A DNA stretch of 64,000 nt, taken from positions 96,001-160,000 of the forward strand of contig CAWGRW010000010.1 in assembly GCA_963825135.1 (NCBI GenBank), written 5' to 3'. How positions within the stretch are numbered: the first letter of the stretch is position 1; every line of letters begins with the position of its first letter. The notes below the pieces were generated by a model that saw only the letters and a list, made by a program, of their open reading frames with translations, was not told where the DNA came from and ran no database searches. Position numbers and translations under genes: made by a program. Origin of the DNA: an uncultured bacterium. Lineage in GTDB: Bacteria > Desulfobacterota_D > UBA1144 > Nemesobacterales > UBA2774. This document shows positions 53,244 to 62,776 of this stretch, piece after piece.

Positions 53244-53657
53244 CTATTCGGGGGTGCAGCCCGTCACTTTTACCGTCGGCACGTTGAACATTAAGAGCCC
53301 GTCGAGGAGGTTATTGACGCAGCCGTTGTACTGGGCCTGTGTGATGCCCTGCCCTCCCCCTGCTCCCCCGGTGCAGGAGCACCCGGTCCCGTCAGATTTG
53401 CAGTGAGCCGCGTAAACGGTCGAATTCGAATCGTTGTAGAGGAGCAGCAGGCCGAACACCGAGTTCGCGCATTCGATGACAGTCGACTGCCCTGCCGTGT
53501 TGACTACGTCCTCCTGGGAGAAGCACGGGCAGGACTCGGCCCCGCCCACCCCTCCGTCGTCGGAGAAGACGTTGTCCCCGCCGCAGCCGGCGACCGCGCC
53601 GAGCGAGATCAGGATCAATACGGGAATAAACAAAACAGTCCTTGGAAGCCTCATCAT
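53244..53657 (-). CDS. Cys-rich lipoprotein, hypothetical
   Basis: Lipobox VAGC, multiple Cys. Confidence 0.7.
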   Translation of the reverse strand: MMRLPRTVLFIPVLILISLGAVAGCGGDNVFSDDGGVGGAESCPCFSQEDVVNTAGQSTVIECANSVFGLLLLYNDSNSTVYAAHCKSDGTGCSCTGGAGGGQGITQAQYNGCVNNLLDGLLMFNVPTVKVTGCTPE

Positions 53658-53720
53658 TCAGCCCTCCTTGCGGGAATTGTTATTTGGAAATTATACCACC
53701 GCTCCTCTCCCGACCTACAC

Positions 53721-54375
53721 TGTCATTGCAAGCTGCATAGCAGCGCGGCAATCTCGTCTTTCCTCTCCGACATTACAGAATTTGCGGCGGGTGAGCACCC
53801 GCAAATTAATTCCCCTCTCCCTTGAGGGAACGGTTCAGAGCAAGCGCATGAACCGGTCGGAGTCACAACGAAACTGATGTAGCCAATTAACTCAGTCTCA
53901 ATGCAACTTAAACTCAATTGGGTATAGGGTGAGGGTGTACCTTATCACTACTATCAATCTAGAAGTCTTTTCTTCCCCGACATTACAGAATTTGCGTATA
54001 GAAAATCGATTGTACGAGCGTTAAAAATCTTACGTGGGGTGGGGTTGAATTGGAAGATTTAGCGAGTACATGAGATTTTTAGCACAATTCTGTAGTCGGA
54101 TGATTTTTGCTTCTTTGTATCCAGACAAAGAAGAAAATAATATTGTCTTTGCCTTTTCTTTTCTTTTCTTTTCGAATGATCACGCTATGTATGTTTATCA
54201 AGGAAAAGAAGGATAACAAAACAGTCTCTCACCATTCTTTGTCTTTGCTTTGTCTTTCCGAAAAATCACATTGCGCTTGTGTCGCGGCCGGAAGCCGCTC
54301 CTGCAAGTGATCGAGAATGCAGTATCGCTGAAACACAAAAAAAGCCCCTTTCCTCCACGCCGGAAGAAAGGGGCA
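53721..54375 (+). repeat. Composite intergenic repeat block
   Basis: One core, one insert. Confidence 0.9.
53829..53919 (+). mobile_element. 91-bp insert subtype E in the CCCTCTCCCTTGAGGG repeat
   Basis: Empty site with nearly identical flanks at 27858-27935; the insert replaces about 4 nt (GAGA). Confidence 0.8.
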
Positions 54376-54415
54376 TTCCCACTCTTTAACTTTTTCTTTC
54401 TATTCTTCTGTGCCT

Positions 54416-54940
54416 TTACGAATTAACAGCCGCTCTCTTCCTTTTCATTGCAAAGAACACGCCGATCAGCACCAGCCCCGCCGCAGCCGAAATCATCCCC
54501 CACTGGGAGAGCGTCGGAACGTTCGATGCCGCCCTCACGTTCGTGATCGTGCAAACCGCAGCCCCGAGCTTCGCGTTCTCACACTCCAGCGTGAAGCCGC
54601 CGTCGAAGTTCGTCACGATGAGTCCACCCAGGCTTTCGCATTCGATCCCGCCGAATATAAAGCCGTTCTGAGGGGCCTCGGTCACGGTGCGGATGAGTCC
54701 TTCTGTGAGAGTCCCGCTGTCGGTCTGGCCGTCCTGGAGGAAAAAGCTGTTCCCGCCCTCCGTCTGAACTACGAACTCGAATTCCTTATCTCCCGCTCCG
54801 GGCGCCGACAACGTTCCGTCTATAAAGCAGCCGAACTCTTCTTCCGCGGCGCTCATGCCCGCCGTAAAGCAATAAACCGGGAGCGACAGCAAAATAGCTA
54901 ATACAAAACTCGATACAGGTATTGATCTCCACTTCATCAT
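54416..54940 (-). CDS. IPTL-CTERM surface protein
   Basis: VPTLSQWG-TM-KRKR; GGAGG RBS. Confidence 0.88.
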   Translation of the reverse strand: MMKWRSIPVSSFVLAILLSLPVYCFTAGMSAAEEEFGCFIDGTLSAPGAGDKEFEFVVQTEGGNSFFLQDGQTDSGTLTEGLIRTVTEAPQNGFIFGGIECESLGGLIVTNFDGGFTLECENAKLGAAVCTITNVRAASNVPTLSQWGMISAAAGLVLIGVFFAMKRKRAAVNS

Positions 54941-55271
54941 TAAATCCTCCTTAAAGTGTTTTTTTCGCGAATAATAACCGAAACTTGTAAATCAAATCTC
55001 CATCGGTTGATGATTACTTAACTGGATACCTGTCCACCGGCCTTTGAATAGACCGCCCCGGCATCGTCCCGGCGCCCGCAATAACAAAATATCACGTGAC
55101 GTAGGACAATAGATATATAAGGCAATACTTGCAGAACTTAATTATGAAGCATCCTCCGGAGATACGACCAAAGACAATCACTAGAAACTACTAATTGAAT
55201 AAATGTTTATCTCATTTTACTACATGCGTACATAAAATACAATAGGGCATCCCGTCAGGTCCCGAATTAAC

Positions 55272-55780
55272 AAAAAAGCCCCTTCCATCCGTCCCGGGAG
55301 AACGGAGCACCGATCGTCTTGTCTTTTCAAACCCAAGGCGAGGAATCTATCTTGCACCCCTTCACCCAGAGCGCACACGAAGTGCGCTGTCGAAGGGTCG
55401 AAGCGTGTGAACTTATTTCCCTCCCCCTTGAGGGGGGAGGGTACGGGTGGGGGTGTCACCTTACACTCAAATCAATCCAGAAAGCCTTTTCTTCCCGACA
55501 TTACAGAATTTGCGTATAGAAAATCGATTGTACGAGCGTTAAGAATCTTCCACGGGCTGGGGTTGAATTGGAAGATTTAGCGAGTACATGAGATTTTTAG
55601 CATAATTCTGTAGTCGGATGATTTTTGCTTCTTTTCATCAAGGAAAAGAAGGATAAAAAAACAGCATCTCACCTTTCTTTTGCCTTTTCGAAGGACCGCA
55701 CTACGTGCGTGTCGCGGCTGGAAGCCGCTCCTACGTTAATCTTCATGTCATTGCAAGCTGTATAGTAGCGCGGCAATCCC
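55272..55780 (+). repeat. Composite intergenic repeat block
   Basis: One core. Confidence 0.9.
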
Positions 55781-55804
55781 ACTTTTATATCCTGTATTTC
55801 CCTT

Positions 55805-56320
55805 CTATACCACCTGCGCCCTCTTGCGTTTGACGGCAAAGAACACCCCGACCAATCCTAATCCCGCCGCCGCAGCGATCATCCCCCACTGGGAAAGAGT
55901 CGGGATATTAGAAACTCTCACGTTCACGAACGTGCACTCGCCCTGAACAAACTCCGACGGATTGAGGCAATCGAACGTGAACCCGTCCTCGACCTCGGTC
56001 ACCACAACCCCCGTCCCGGTCTCGCACGATTTGTCCGCCAGCTCCCATCCGGAGTTAGGCAGCTCAGTGAGCGTCACGGGCTCGCCGCTTCCGAAATTGC
56101 CGACACTCGTTTGGCCTCCTATAAATTCGGCGAAAGCCGTATTGCCGCCCACTTCGACCTGGAAGTCAAAAATGAGGCCCTCCCCGCCTTCCGCTATTTT
56201 CGTAACCGCTATTTTGCATGTGCCCTGCGCGCGGCTCTCGCCCGACGTCAGGAACAACACCCCGGTCACGGCTGCAACGAATAAGAAAATGCTGAAAAGC
56301 GGTTTGAACAGCTTGGTCAT
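55805..56320 (-). CDS. IPTL-CTERM surface protein
   Basis: IPTLSQWG-TM-KRKR; GGAGG RBS. Confidence 0.88.
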   Translation of the reverse strand: MTKLFKPLFSIFLFVAAVTGVLFLTSGESRAQGTCKIAVTKIAEGGEGLIFDFQVEVGGNTAFAEFIGGQTSVGNFGSGEPVTLTELPNSGWELADKSCETGTGVVVTEVEDGFTFDCLNPSEFVQGECTFVNVRVSNIPTLSQWGMIAAAAGLGLVGVFFAVKRKRAQVV

Positions 56321-56489
56321 ATCATCCTCCGCATACTCAAATTTTGCTAAATTTTACAACACTTGCTCAAAATTTTCAAAATTAATACAATTTTATCACG
56401 TCCCGTCCCGGAATCATTCGTCATACAGGCCCGCAATCGCCCGGCCGATTACGCTTGCAGTCGCGCCCCAGGCCCGTATCCTATTGACC

Positions 56490-57155
56490 ATGCGTGCCCG
56501 TATCGCGTTTATATCCGCCCTGCTGCTTCTGCTCTTCGCGTCCCCGGCGGCGCGCGGAGCGGACCCCGCGGACACCTCCCTGGTCCCGGGCTCGGACCCG
56601 GCCCATGCGGTCAAGTGCGGCGAAGCGTCGGTTTATGTATATCCCGAATATATCGTATATGCTAGTAAGTCGCCCGCTTTCGAGGGACAGGACATCCGCT
56701 TATTCAAGCCGCGCGCTCCCGTGGACGACCCGTGCTCTCTCGCCTCTCGCCAGGCCTACTACACGATAAACGCCGGGGAGTTCGGAGGGGCGAACACCTT
56801 CATCGGCATGCGCGGAGGGTATCTCTTCATCGACGAGTGGCCGGGGCGCGAGGACAAGCGCTTCCTGGTAATCGACGCGGCGTCCAAGAGCCTCGTGTAC
56901 TTCGACTGGTACGCGGACCCGGCGATAGAGAACGGCAAGCTCGAATACAACCGCGTCATCAAGGCGAGCGGCTCGACGAAAAAGGAGATACCGTGCCCTG
57001 ACGCGGAGAAGTGGGAGAAAGAGGGCCGCGCGGTCCTCTACGTGGAGAAGATGTCGCTTGACCTCACGACCATGAAGGGGACCGATTCAGGCAAGTTCTC
57101 CTGCGAACCCGCCGCTCCGATAACCAAACGGGCCGCCGATTACACGATACACTGA
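56490..57155 (+). CDS. Hypothetical exported protein (paralog of 36909-37544)
   Basis: MRARIAFISALLLLLFA signal; shared motifs with 36909-37544. Confidence 0.75.
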   Translation: MRARIAFISALLLLLFASPAARGADPADTSLVPGSDPAHAVKCGEASVYVYPEYIVYASKSPAFEGQDIRLFKPRAPVDDPCSLASRQAYYTINAGEFGGANTFIGMRGGYLFIDEWPGREDKRFLVIDAASKSLVYFDWYADPAIENGKLEYNRVIKASGSTKKEIPCPDAEKWEKEGRAVLYVEKMSLDLTTMKGTDSGKFSCEPAAPITKRAADYTIH

Positions 57156-57495
57156 CGCACGCGACGCGCGCTCGTATTTGGTCCTTCCGAAACTCTTACG
57201 CTCAAACCGGCGACGTAGCCAAACCCGTTCGTGCTGAGCTAGTCGAAGCACGTTACCGACATTACAGAATTTGCGTGAAGAAAATCGATTGTACGAGCGT
57301 TAAGAATCTTACGCGGGGTGGGGTTGAATCGGAAGATTTAGCGAGTACATGAGATTTTTAGCAAATTATGTAGTCGGATGATTTTTGCTTCTTTGTATCC
57401 AGACAAAGAAGAAAATAATATTGTCTTTGCCTTTTCCTTCCTTTGCCTTTTCTTTTCGAATGATCACACTACGTGTGTTCATCAGAGGAAGAGGA
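57156..57495 (+). repeat. Composite intergenic repeat block
   Basis: Starts at a stop codon; one core. Confidence 0.9.
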
Positions 57496-57517
57496 GCATT
57501 ATTAGTTGCCTTTCTAT

Positions 57518-57679
57518 TCAAACGTCCCCAAAAGAAAGGCCTACACCATCCGCCACTTTCGTAATGCACAAAGGGCACCCGGCCTGGGCGCGGCTCTCGC
57601 CCGAAGTGAGGAACAACACACCGTTCACGGCCGCAAGGAATAAGTAAATGCTGAATAACGGCCTGGATAGCTTATGCAT
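57518..57679 (-). pseudogene. 5' remnant of an IPTL-CTERM gene
   Basis: MHKLSRPLFSIYLFLAAVNGVLFLTSGESRAQAGC...TKVA then stop; closely matches the N-terminus of 55805-56320; ends beside a repeat block. Confidence 0.75.
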
Positions 57680-57862
57680 TTCGTCCTCCGTTAAACAAAA
57701 TATTTAGGGCAACCTACAGTATATGACCGAGTATTCCAATAGAGGTTAACGCGACATAAGCGTATCCCGCCGCCGGTCCAGGCGTTCATGCCCGGATCCC
57801 GCGAGCTCAAGCCCGAGTGTGCGTGCGCCGCGCACGGCGCGAGGACGGAAATTCTGCCCGGC

Positions 57863-58051
57863 TCAATTCTCGGTGATGCCCAGACTCTCTTTCAGGTCCT
57901 CGAAATCGGCCGCGCTTATGTAGTCGAATCCCGAGCCCCTGTCGCGCTGCACCGCGATCCCTACGTCGTTAATTTCTTCGAGTAGTGTATCGATGTCCGT
58001 GCCGAGTATCCGCGCCGCTTTTTCAAGTGTGATTTTCGATTCGCTTCTCAT
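57863..58051 (-). CDS. Small hypothetical protein, HTH-like
   Basis: ITLEKAARILGTDIDTLLEEI pattern; the longer ORF start lies inside repeats. Confidence 0.55.
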   Translation of the reverse strand: MRSESKITLEKAARILGTDIDTLLEEINDVGIAVQRDRGSGFDYISAADFEDLKESLGITEN

Positions 58052-58144
58052 AGGAAAAAGTCTACAGAATGATTTGCGGATTTGGAATATTAATTTTGTC
58101 TCCTTAACCGCGCGTTCACAAAATTTTATCCGCCGCCAAGTCCC

Positions 58145-58612
58145 GGAAGAAACGGCATCCAAATTCTCTGTCATTGCAAGCTGTATAGCAACGCGGCAAT
58201 CTCGCCTTTTCTTCCCCGACATTACAGAATTTGCGTTAAGAAAATCGATTGTACGAGCGTTAAGAATCTTCCACGGGGTGGGGTTGAATTGGAAGATTTA
58301 GCGAGTACATGAGATTTTTAGCAAATTATGTAGTCGGATGATTTTTGCTTCTTTTCATCAAGGAAAAGAAGGATAAAAAAACAGTCTTTCACCTTATCTG
58401 TGTCTTTGCTTTGTCTTTCCGAAAGATTACATCGCGCTTGTGTCGCGGCTGGAAGCCGCTTCTACAAGTGATTGAGAACGCAGCATCGCTAAAACAAAAA
58501 GCCCCTTTTCTCCACGCCGGAGGAAAGGGGCAACTTTGAAGTCACCCTGAACTGGTTTCAGGGTCCCGGTTTTCCTTTTCTGTCATTCCCGTGAGCTTCT
58601 ATCGGGAATCTC
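58145..58612 (+). repeat. Composite intergenic repeat block
   Basis: One core; right part nearly identical to 59820-60065. Confidence 0.9.
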
Positions 58613-58627
58613 GCTGTTATTTCCCGT

Positions 58628-59140
58628 CTATGCCGCCTGCGCCCTCTTGCGCCTGACGGCAAAGAACACCCCGACCAATCCTAATCCCGCCGCCGCCGAA
58701 ATCATCCCCCACTGGGATAGAGTCGGAATGGGGGACACAGCGGGAAGGTTGGTGACTATGCAGAAGGTCTCCAGACTCGGAGTTTCGCATTCTTCGACCC
58801 ACCCGTCTTTCAGTACATCCAATATGGCCACCCCTCCTCCGGGCTCACATTCTATTCCTCCGAACTTCCACCCCTCTACAGGGACTTCCGTTATTGTCGC
58901 AGGCGCCGTTGACGCTGAGCCCGATGCGGATCCACCGGCTATAATAGAGAATGAAAATGTCTCTCCGTTAGCCTCCACTCCGTTGAAATCAAAACTTTGG
59001 CCTTCCGCCCCGGGTGCTACCTTCGTCACCGTAATTATGCAGCCCTGCGCTCTGCCGTCTTCGGCCGAAACAATTAAAATCAATGGAACCGCGAAAAGCA
59101 CAATTGCAAGAATTAATATAGATTGTAGAAAGTTACGCAT
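58628..59140 (-). CDS. IPTL-CTERM surface protein
   Basis: IPTLSQWG-TM-RRKR; GGAGG RBS. Confidence 0.88.
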   Translation of the reverse strand: MRNFLQSILILAIVLFAVPLILIVSAEDGRAQGCIITVTKVAPGAEGQSFDFNGVEANGETFSFSIIAGGSASGSASTAPATITEVPVEGWKFGGIECEPGGGVAILDVLKDGWVEECETPSLETFCIVTNLPAVSPIPTLSQWGMISAAAGLGLVGVFFAVRRKRAQAA

Positions 59141-59240
59141 ACCTATCCTCCTTTTACAATGTTATCGATTTTACAATATTACCGGCGTACGGTCAACGGG
59201 GTTTAACGTGTCTTCGGGTCATTCAGCTGCCCGGGTGTCC

Positions 59241-60052
59241 AAAAAAAGCCCCTTTCCTCCGCAACGGAAGAAAGGTGCATCCAAATTCTCTGTCATTCTC
59301 GATTACGATTGTAAGCAACAATTCGCACCAGCGAGAGAAATCTGTTTTAATCCCGTTCACCCTGAGCGCACACGAAGTGCGCTGTCGAAGGTTCTACATT
59401 AATCTTCCTGTCATTGCAAGCTGCATAGCAGCGCGGCAATCTCGCATTTTCTTTTCCCGACATTACGGAATTTGCGGCGGGTAAGCACCCGTGGGCATAC
59501 GATCTCTAACATCCCCCTCAGCTCAACCCAACCCGATCACCCTGAGCCTGTCGAAGGGTGATTATTCCCGACATTACAGAATTTGCGTATAGAAAATCGA
59601 TTGTACGAGCGTTAAGAATCTTCCACGGGGTGGGGTTGAATTGGAAGATTTAGCGAGTACATGAGATTTTTAGCACAATTCTGTAGTCGGATGATTTTTG
59701 CTTCTTTTCATCAAGGAAAAGAAGGATAAATAAAACAGCCTTTCACCTTATCCGTGTCTTTGCTTTGTCTTTCCGAAAGAGCACACTACGTGTGTTCATC
59801 AAGGAAAAGAAGGATAACAAAACAGTCTTTTACCGTTCTTTGTCTTTGCTCTGTCTTTCCGAAAGATTACATTACGCTTGTGTCGCGGCTGGAAGCCGCT
59901 CCTACAAGTGATTGAGAATGCAGTATCGCTAAAACAAAAAGCCCCTTTCCTCCGCAACGGAAGAAAGGGGCAACTTTGAAGTCACCCTGAACTGGTTTCA
60001 GGGTCCCGGTTTTCCTTTTCTGTCATTCCCGTGAGCTTCCATCGGGAATCTC
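59241..60052 (+). repeat. Composite intergenic repeat block flanked by terminator-like copies
   Basis: One core; identical GCCCCTTTCCTCCGCAACGGAAGAAAGG at both ends. Confidence 0.9.
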
Positions 60053-60067
60053 GCTGTTATTTCCCGT

Positions 60068-60577
60068 CTATACCGCCTGCGCCCTCTTCCGCCTGACGGC
60101 GAAGAACACGCCGATCAGCACCAGCCCCGCCGCCGCCGAAATCATCCCCCACTGGGAGATAGTCGGAATGGGGTTCACGGGCACGTTGGTAATTATGCAG
60201 AAGGTTGCCAGATTCGGATTCACGCATTCATTGGACCAGCCGGTCTGCGTCACATCCGTAATGATTAGCCCTCCTCCTTTGCATTCTATTCCCGCGAACT
60301 TCCAGCCGGGAACAGGTACTTCCGTTATCGTGGCGGACTGCGCCGAAACGCCGACTGAAGTCTCACCGACGGTTACAAAAAATGTAAAATCGTCCCCATT
60401 CTGATCCACGCCATTGAACTGGAATTCCTCGCCCTCTGCCCCGGGAGCCACCTTTATCGTCGAAACAGGACACTCTAGTGGCTGCGCGGCGCTGTTCCCG
60501 GCCGAAAACGATAATATCATGGGCATAACAAACAATAGCAAAACAAAGGTTAATAATGATTTCAAAAGTTTACGCAT
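60068..60577 (-). CDS. IPTL-CTERM surface protein
   Basis: IPTISQWG-TM-RRKR; close paralog of 58628-59140. Confidence 0.88.
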   Translation of the reverse strand: MRKLLKSLLTFVLLLFVMPMILSFSAGNSAAQPLECPVSTIKVAPGAEGEEFQFNGVDQNGDDFTFFVTVGETSVGVSAQSATITEVPVPGWKFAGIECKGGGLIITDVTQTGWSNECVNPNLATFCIITNVPVNPIPTISQWGMISAAAGLVLIGVFFAVRRKRAQAV

Positions 60578-60831
60578 AGCCCTCCTCCTCATATTCGAGA
60601 TATGCCATTTTACTCTATCATCGGGGTCCGGTCAATGCGGATTGCGCCTTTTTATGTCCCCTTACAGGGATATATCTCACCCTGCCCCCAACAAAAAAGC
60701 CCCTTCCCCCGCATGGAGGGAAGAGGCTCTTAATTTTTCAGTCATCCTGAGTCGAGCTCAGGATCTCATCTTTTTCTTTCCTGTCATTCCCGACTACGAT
60801 CGGGAATCTCATCTTTAATAAAGTAAAACGT

Positions 60832-61350
60832 CTATACCGCCTGCGCTCGCTTCCTTCTTACAGCATAGAACACCGCTATCAACCCTAACCCACCAGCAGC
60901 AGCGATCATTCCCCACTCCGAGAGCGTCGGGACCCCTGCGATCTGCACATTCGTAACCAGACATTCCGCCTGGCCCGTCTCTTCATCCACGCAATCGATC
61001 GAGAAGCCGTTCGCTATCTCAGTGATGATTACTCCGGGCCCCGTTTCGCATTCTATCCCGCCGAACCTCCATCCGAATTGAGGATCTTCCGTTATCACCG
61101 TAGTCGTTCCGTCTTCGACGCCGAACCCGACATGCTGCCCGTCCGCAAGGGACTCGGAAAATGTGTCGCCGTTTTCATCGACGCCGTTGAATTCGAACTC
61201 CAGATCACCCGCCCCCGGCGCCGACTTGGTAATCAAGATGTCGCAGTCCAGGAACTGTGCGCTTGCGCCGTGCGCGTTAAGAAATAAGATTCCGCATACT
61301 GTTGCGGCCAGTAAAATAAGGCTGAATACGTAATTGCATTTGCTCAGCAT
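60832..61350 (-). CDS. IPTL-CTERM surface protein
   Basis: VPTLSEWG-TM-RRKR. Confidence 0.88.
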   Translation of the reverse strand: MLSKCNYVFSLILLAATVCGILFLNAHGASAQFLDCDILITKSAPGAGDLEFEFNGVDENGDTFSESLADGQHVGFGVEDGTTTVITEDPQFGWRFGGIECETGPGVIITEIANGFSIDCVDEETGQAECLVTNVQIAGVPTLSEWGMIAAAGGLGLIAVFYAVRRKRAQAV

Positions 61351-61554
61351 ATACCCCTCCTTCAATATTTTGAACCCATTTTACTAAATATGCCGTGCAA
61401 TGTCAATCATAATTCATTGACATTCATGGTTGTACGTCGAAATACGGTCTGTCTGCCGCTCATTTCCTCATACTCCCCGCCGGATTAGCGAGGAGGGAGA
61501 GCGCCGGGGTGAGGGGATACATTTCTATTTCCGTCAATCATGGTTAAATAAGTC

Positions 61555-62064
61555 CTACGCCGTAATTCTTCTCCGCCTCAATGCGAAGAACACGCCTACC
61601 ATCGCCAATCCGGCCCCGGCCGCTATCATCCCCCACTGAGATAGAGTCGGGACGTTCGCGGGCCCTTTGTTGACGAAGGTACAGACCGCGAAGCCGTTGG
61701 TCGAACAGTCGGCTATAACCTGGTTATCGTCATTCACAAACACGGTAAAACCGGAGCTGACGTTTTCACATTTGACTTCGACCAGCTCCCACCCCGCTCG
61801 GTCGAGCTCGGTCACAGTCACGGTCTCTCCGGGTGTTAAAAATTCATTAGTACCGGTGCCGGCCGATAAGGAAAACGGATCATCCGGGTCCTTCGTGGAT
61901 TCCGCGAGAAAATCGAAGGACCCCTCCGGCGGGAACGCCTCTTTAACAATCTCGACCGAGCAGCCCTGCTCGACTGTTCCGGCCGAGGCCTGACGCGGGG
62001 ATACAGCCAACGCGACAAAGAACATAAGGCACAGACAAATTGCGGTTTCAATAAACTTACTCAT
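61555..62064 (-). CDS. IPTL-CTERM surface protein
   Basis: GGAGG before ATG 62064; VPTLSQWG-TM-RRRR. Confidence 0.88.
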   Translation of the reverse strand: MSKFIETAICLCLMFFVALAVSPRQASAGTVEQGCSVEIVKEAFPPEGSFDFLAESTKDPDDPFSLSAGTGTNEFLTPGETVTVTELDRAGWELVEVKCENVSSGFTVFVNDDNQVIADCSTNGFAVCTFVNKGPANVPTLSQWGMIAAGAGLAMVGVFFALRRRRITA

Positions 62065-62108
62065 TGAGCCTCCTTTAAATAGATCATAATTTGAATTTTC
62101 ACTTTTAT

Positions 62109-62642
62109 TTATGCCTCGCCCCGCGCCTTTCTTCCGCGAAGTGCGAAAAACACGCCGACGAGCACAAGCCCCGTCGCCGCCGCTATCATCCCCCACTCAG
62201 AGAGCGTGGGCACGCTTCCGAGCCGTTTATTGAAGAAAGTACATCCTGCGCCGCCGCCGTTGGGAGGACAGAGAATTCGTACGCCGTTCTCGATATTCGT
62301 TACGACCGCCGCGTCCTCGGTCACGCATTCCACATGATCGAGCACCCATCCGCTCAGCAGATCCTCTACTACGTCCACCGAACTTCCAGCGGGACTTGTA
62401 AGACCCTTACCGTCGCCGCTGACAAGGTCGAATTCCGGCGAGCTCGCCGGACCCGTAGTTACAAAGTGGAATTCGGTGCCGTCATCAGGCGTCGCCACTT
62501 TGCTGATGCCGATTTCACAGCCAATCTGGGCATAACTTGTCCCTGGATGTATCGCCGCAAACCCGGCCGCGATAAATATAATTACCAATAAATAAGACAT
62601 ATTACGTATTTGATTCAGGAACAGGCTCGCTATGCTTCTCAT
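62109..62642 (-). CDS. IPTL-CTERM surface protein
   Basis: VPTLSEWG-TM-RGRK. Confidence 0.88.
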   Translation of the reverse strand: MRSIASLFLNQIRNMSYLLVIIFIAAGFAAIHPGTSYAQIGCEIGISKVATPDDGTEFHFVTTGPASSPEFDLVSGDGKGLTSPAGSSVDVVEDLLSGWVLDHVECVTEDAAVVTNIENGVRILCPPNGGGAGCTFFNKRLGSVPTLSEWGMIAAATGLVLVGVFFALRGRKARGEA

Positions 62643-62776
62643 ATTCCCTCCTTTAATTGACAGGCTGTATTATACGATTTTCCGACGAAACTTGCAACCG
62701 CAACTTGTGAGCTCTTAAAGGTGACGGGACACATTGTGATAGCGTCGATTACGGGCCCTGGGAGGAATCGGACGCC

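Noticed and set aside
50425..62642. Diversity-generating retroelement acting on IPTL genes
   Set aside because: No reverse transcriptase and no template/variable repeat pair with adenine-specific differences seen.
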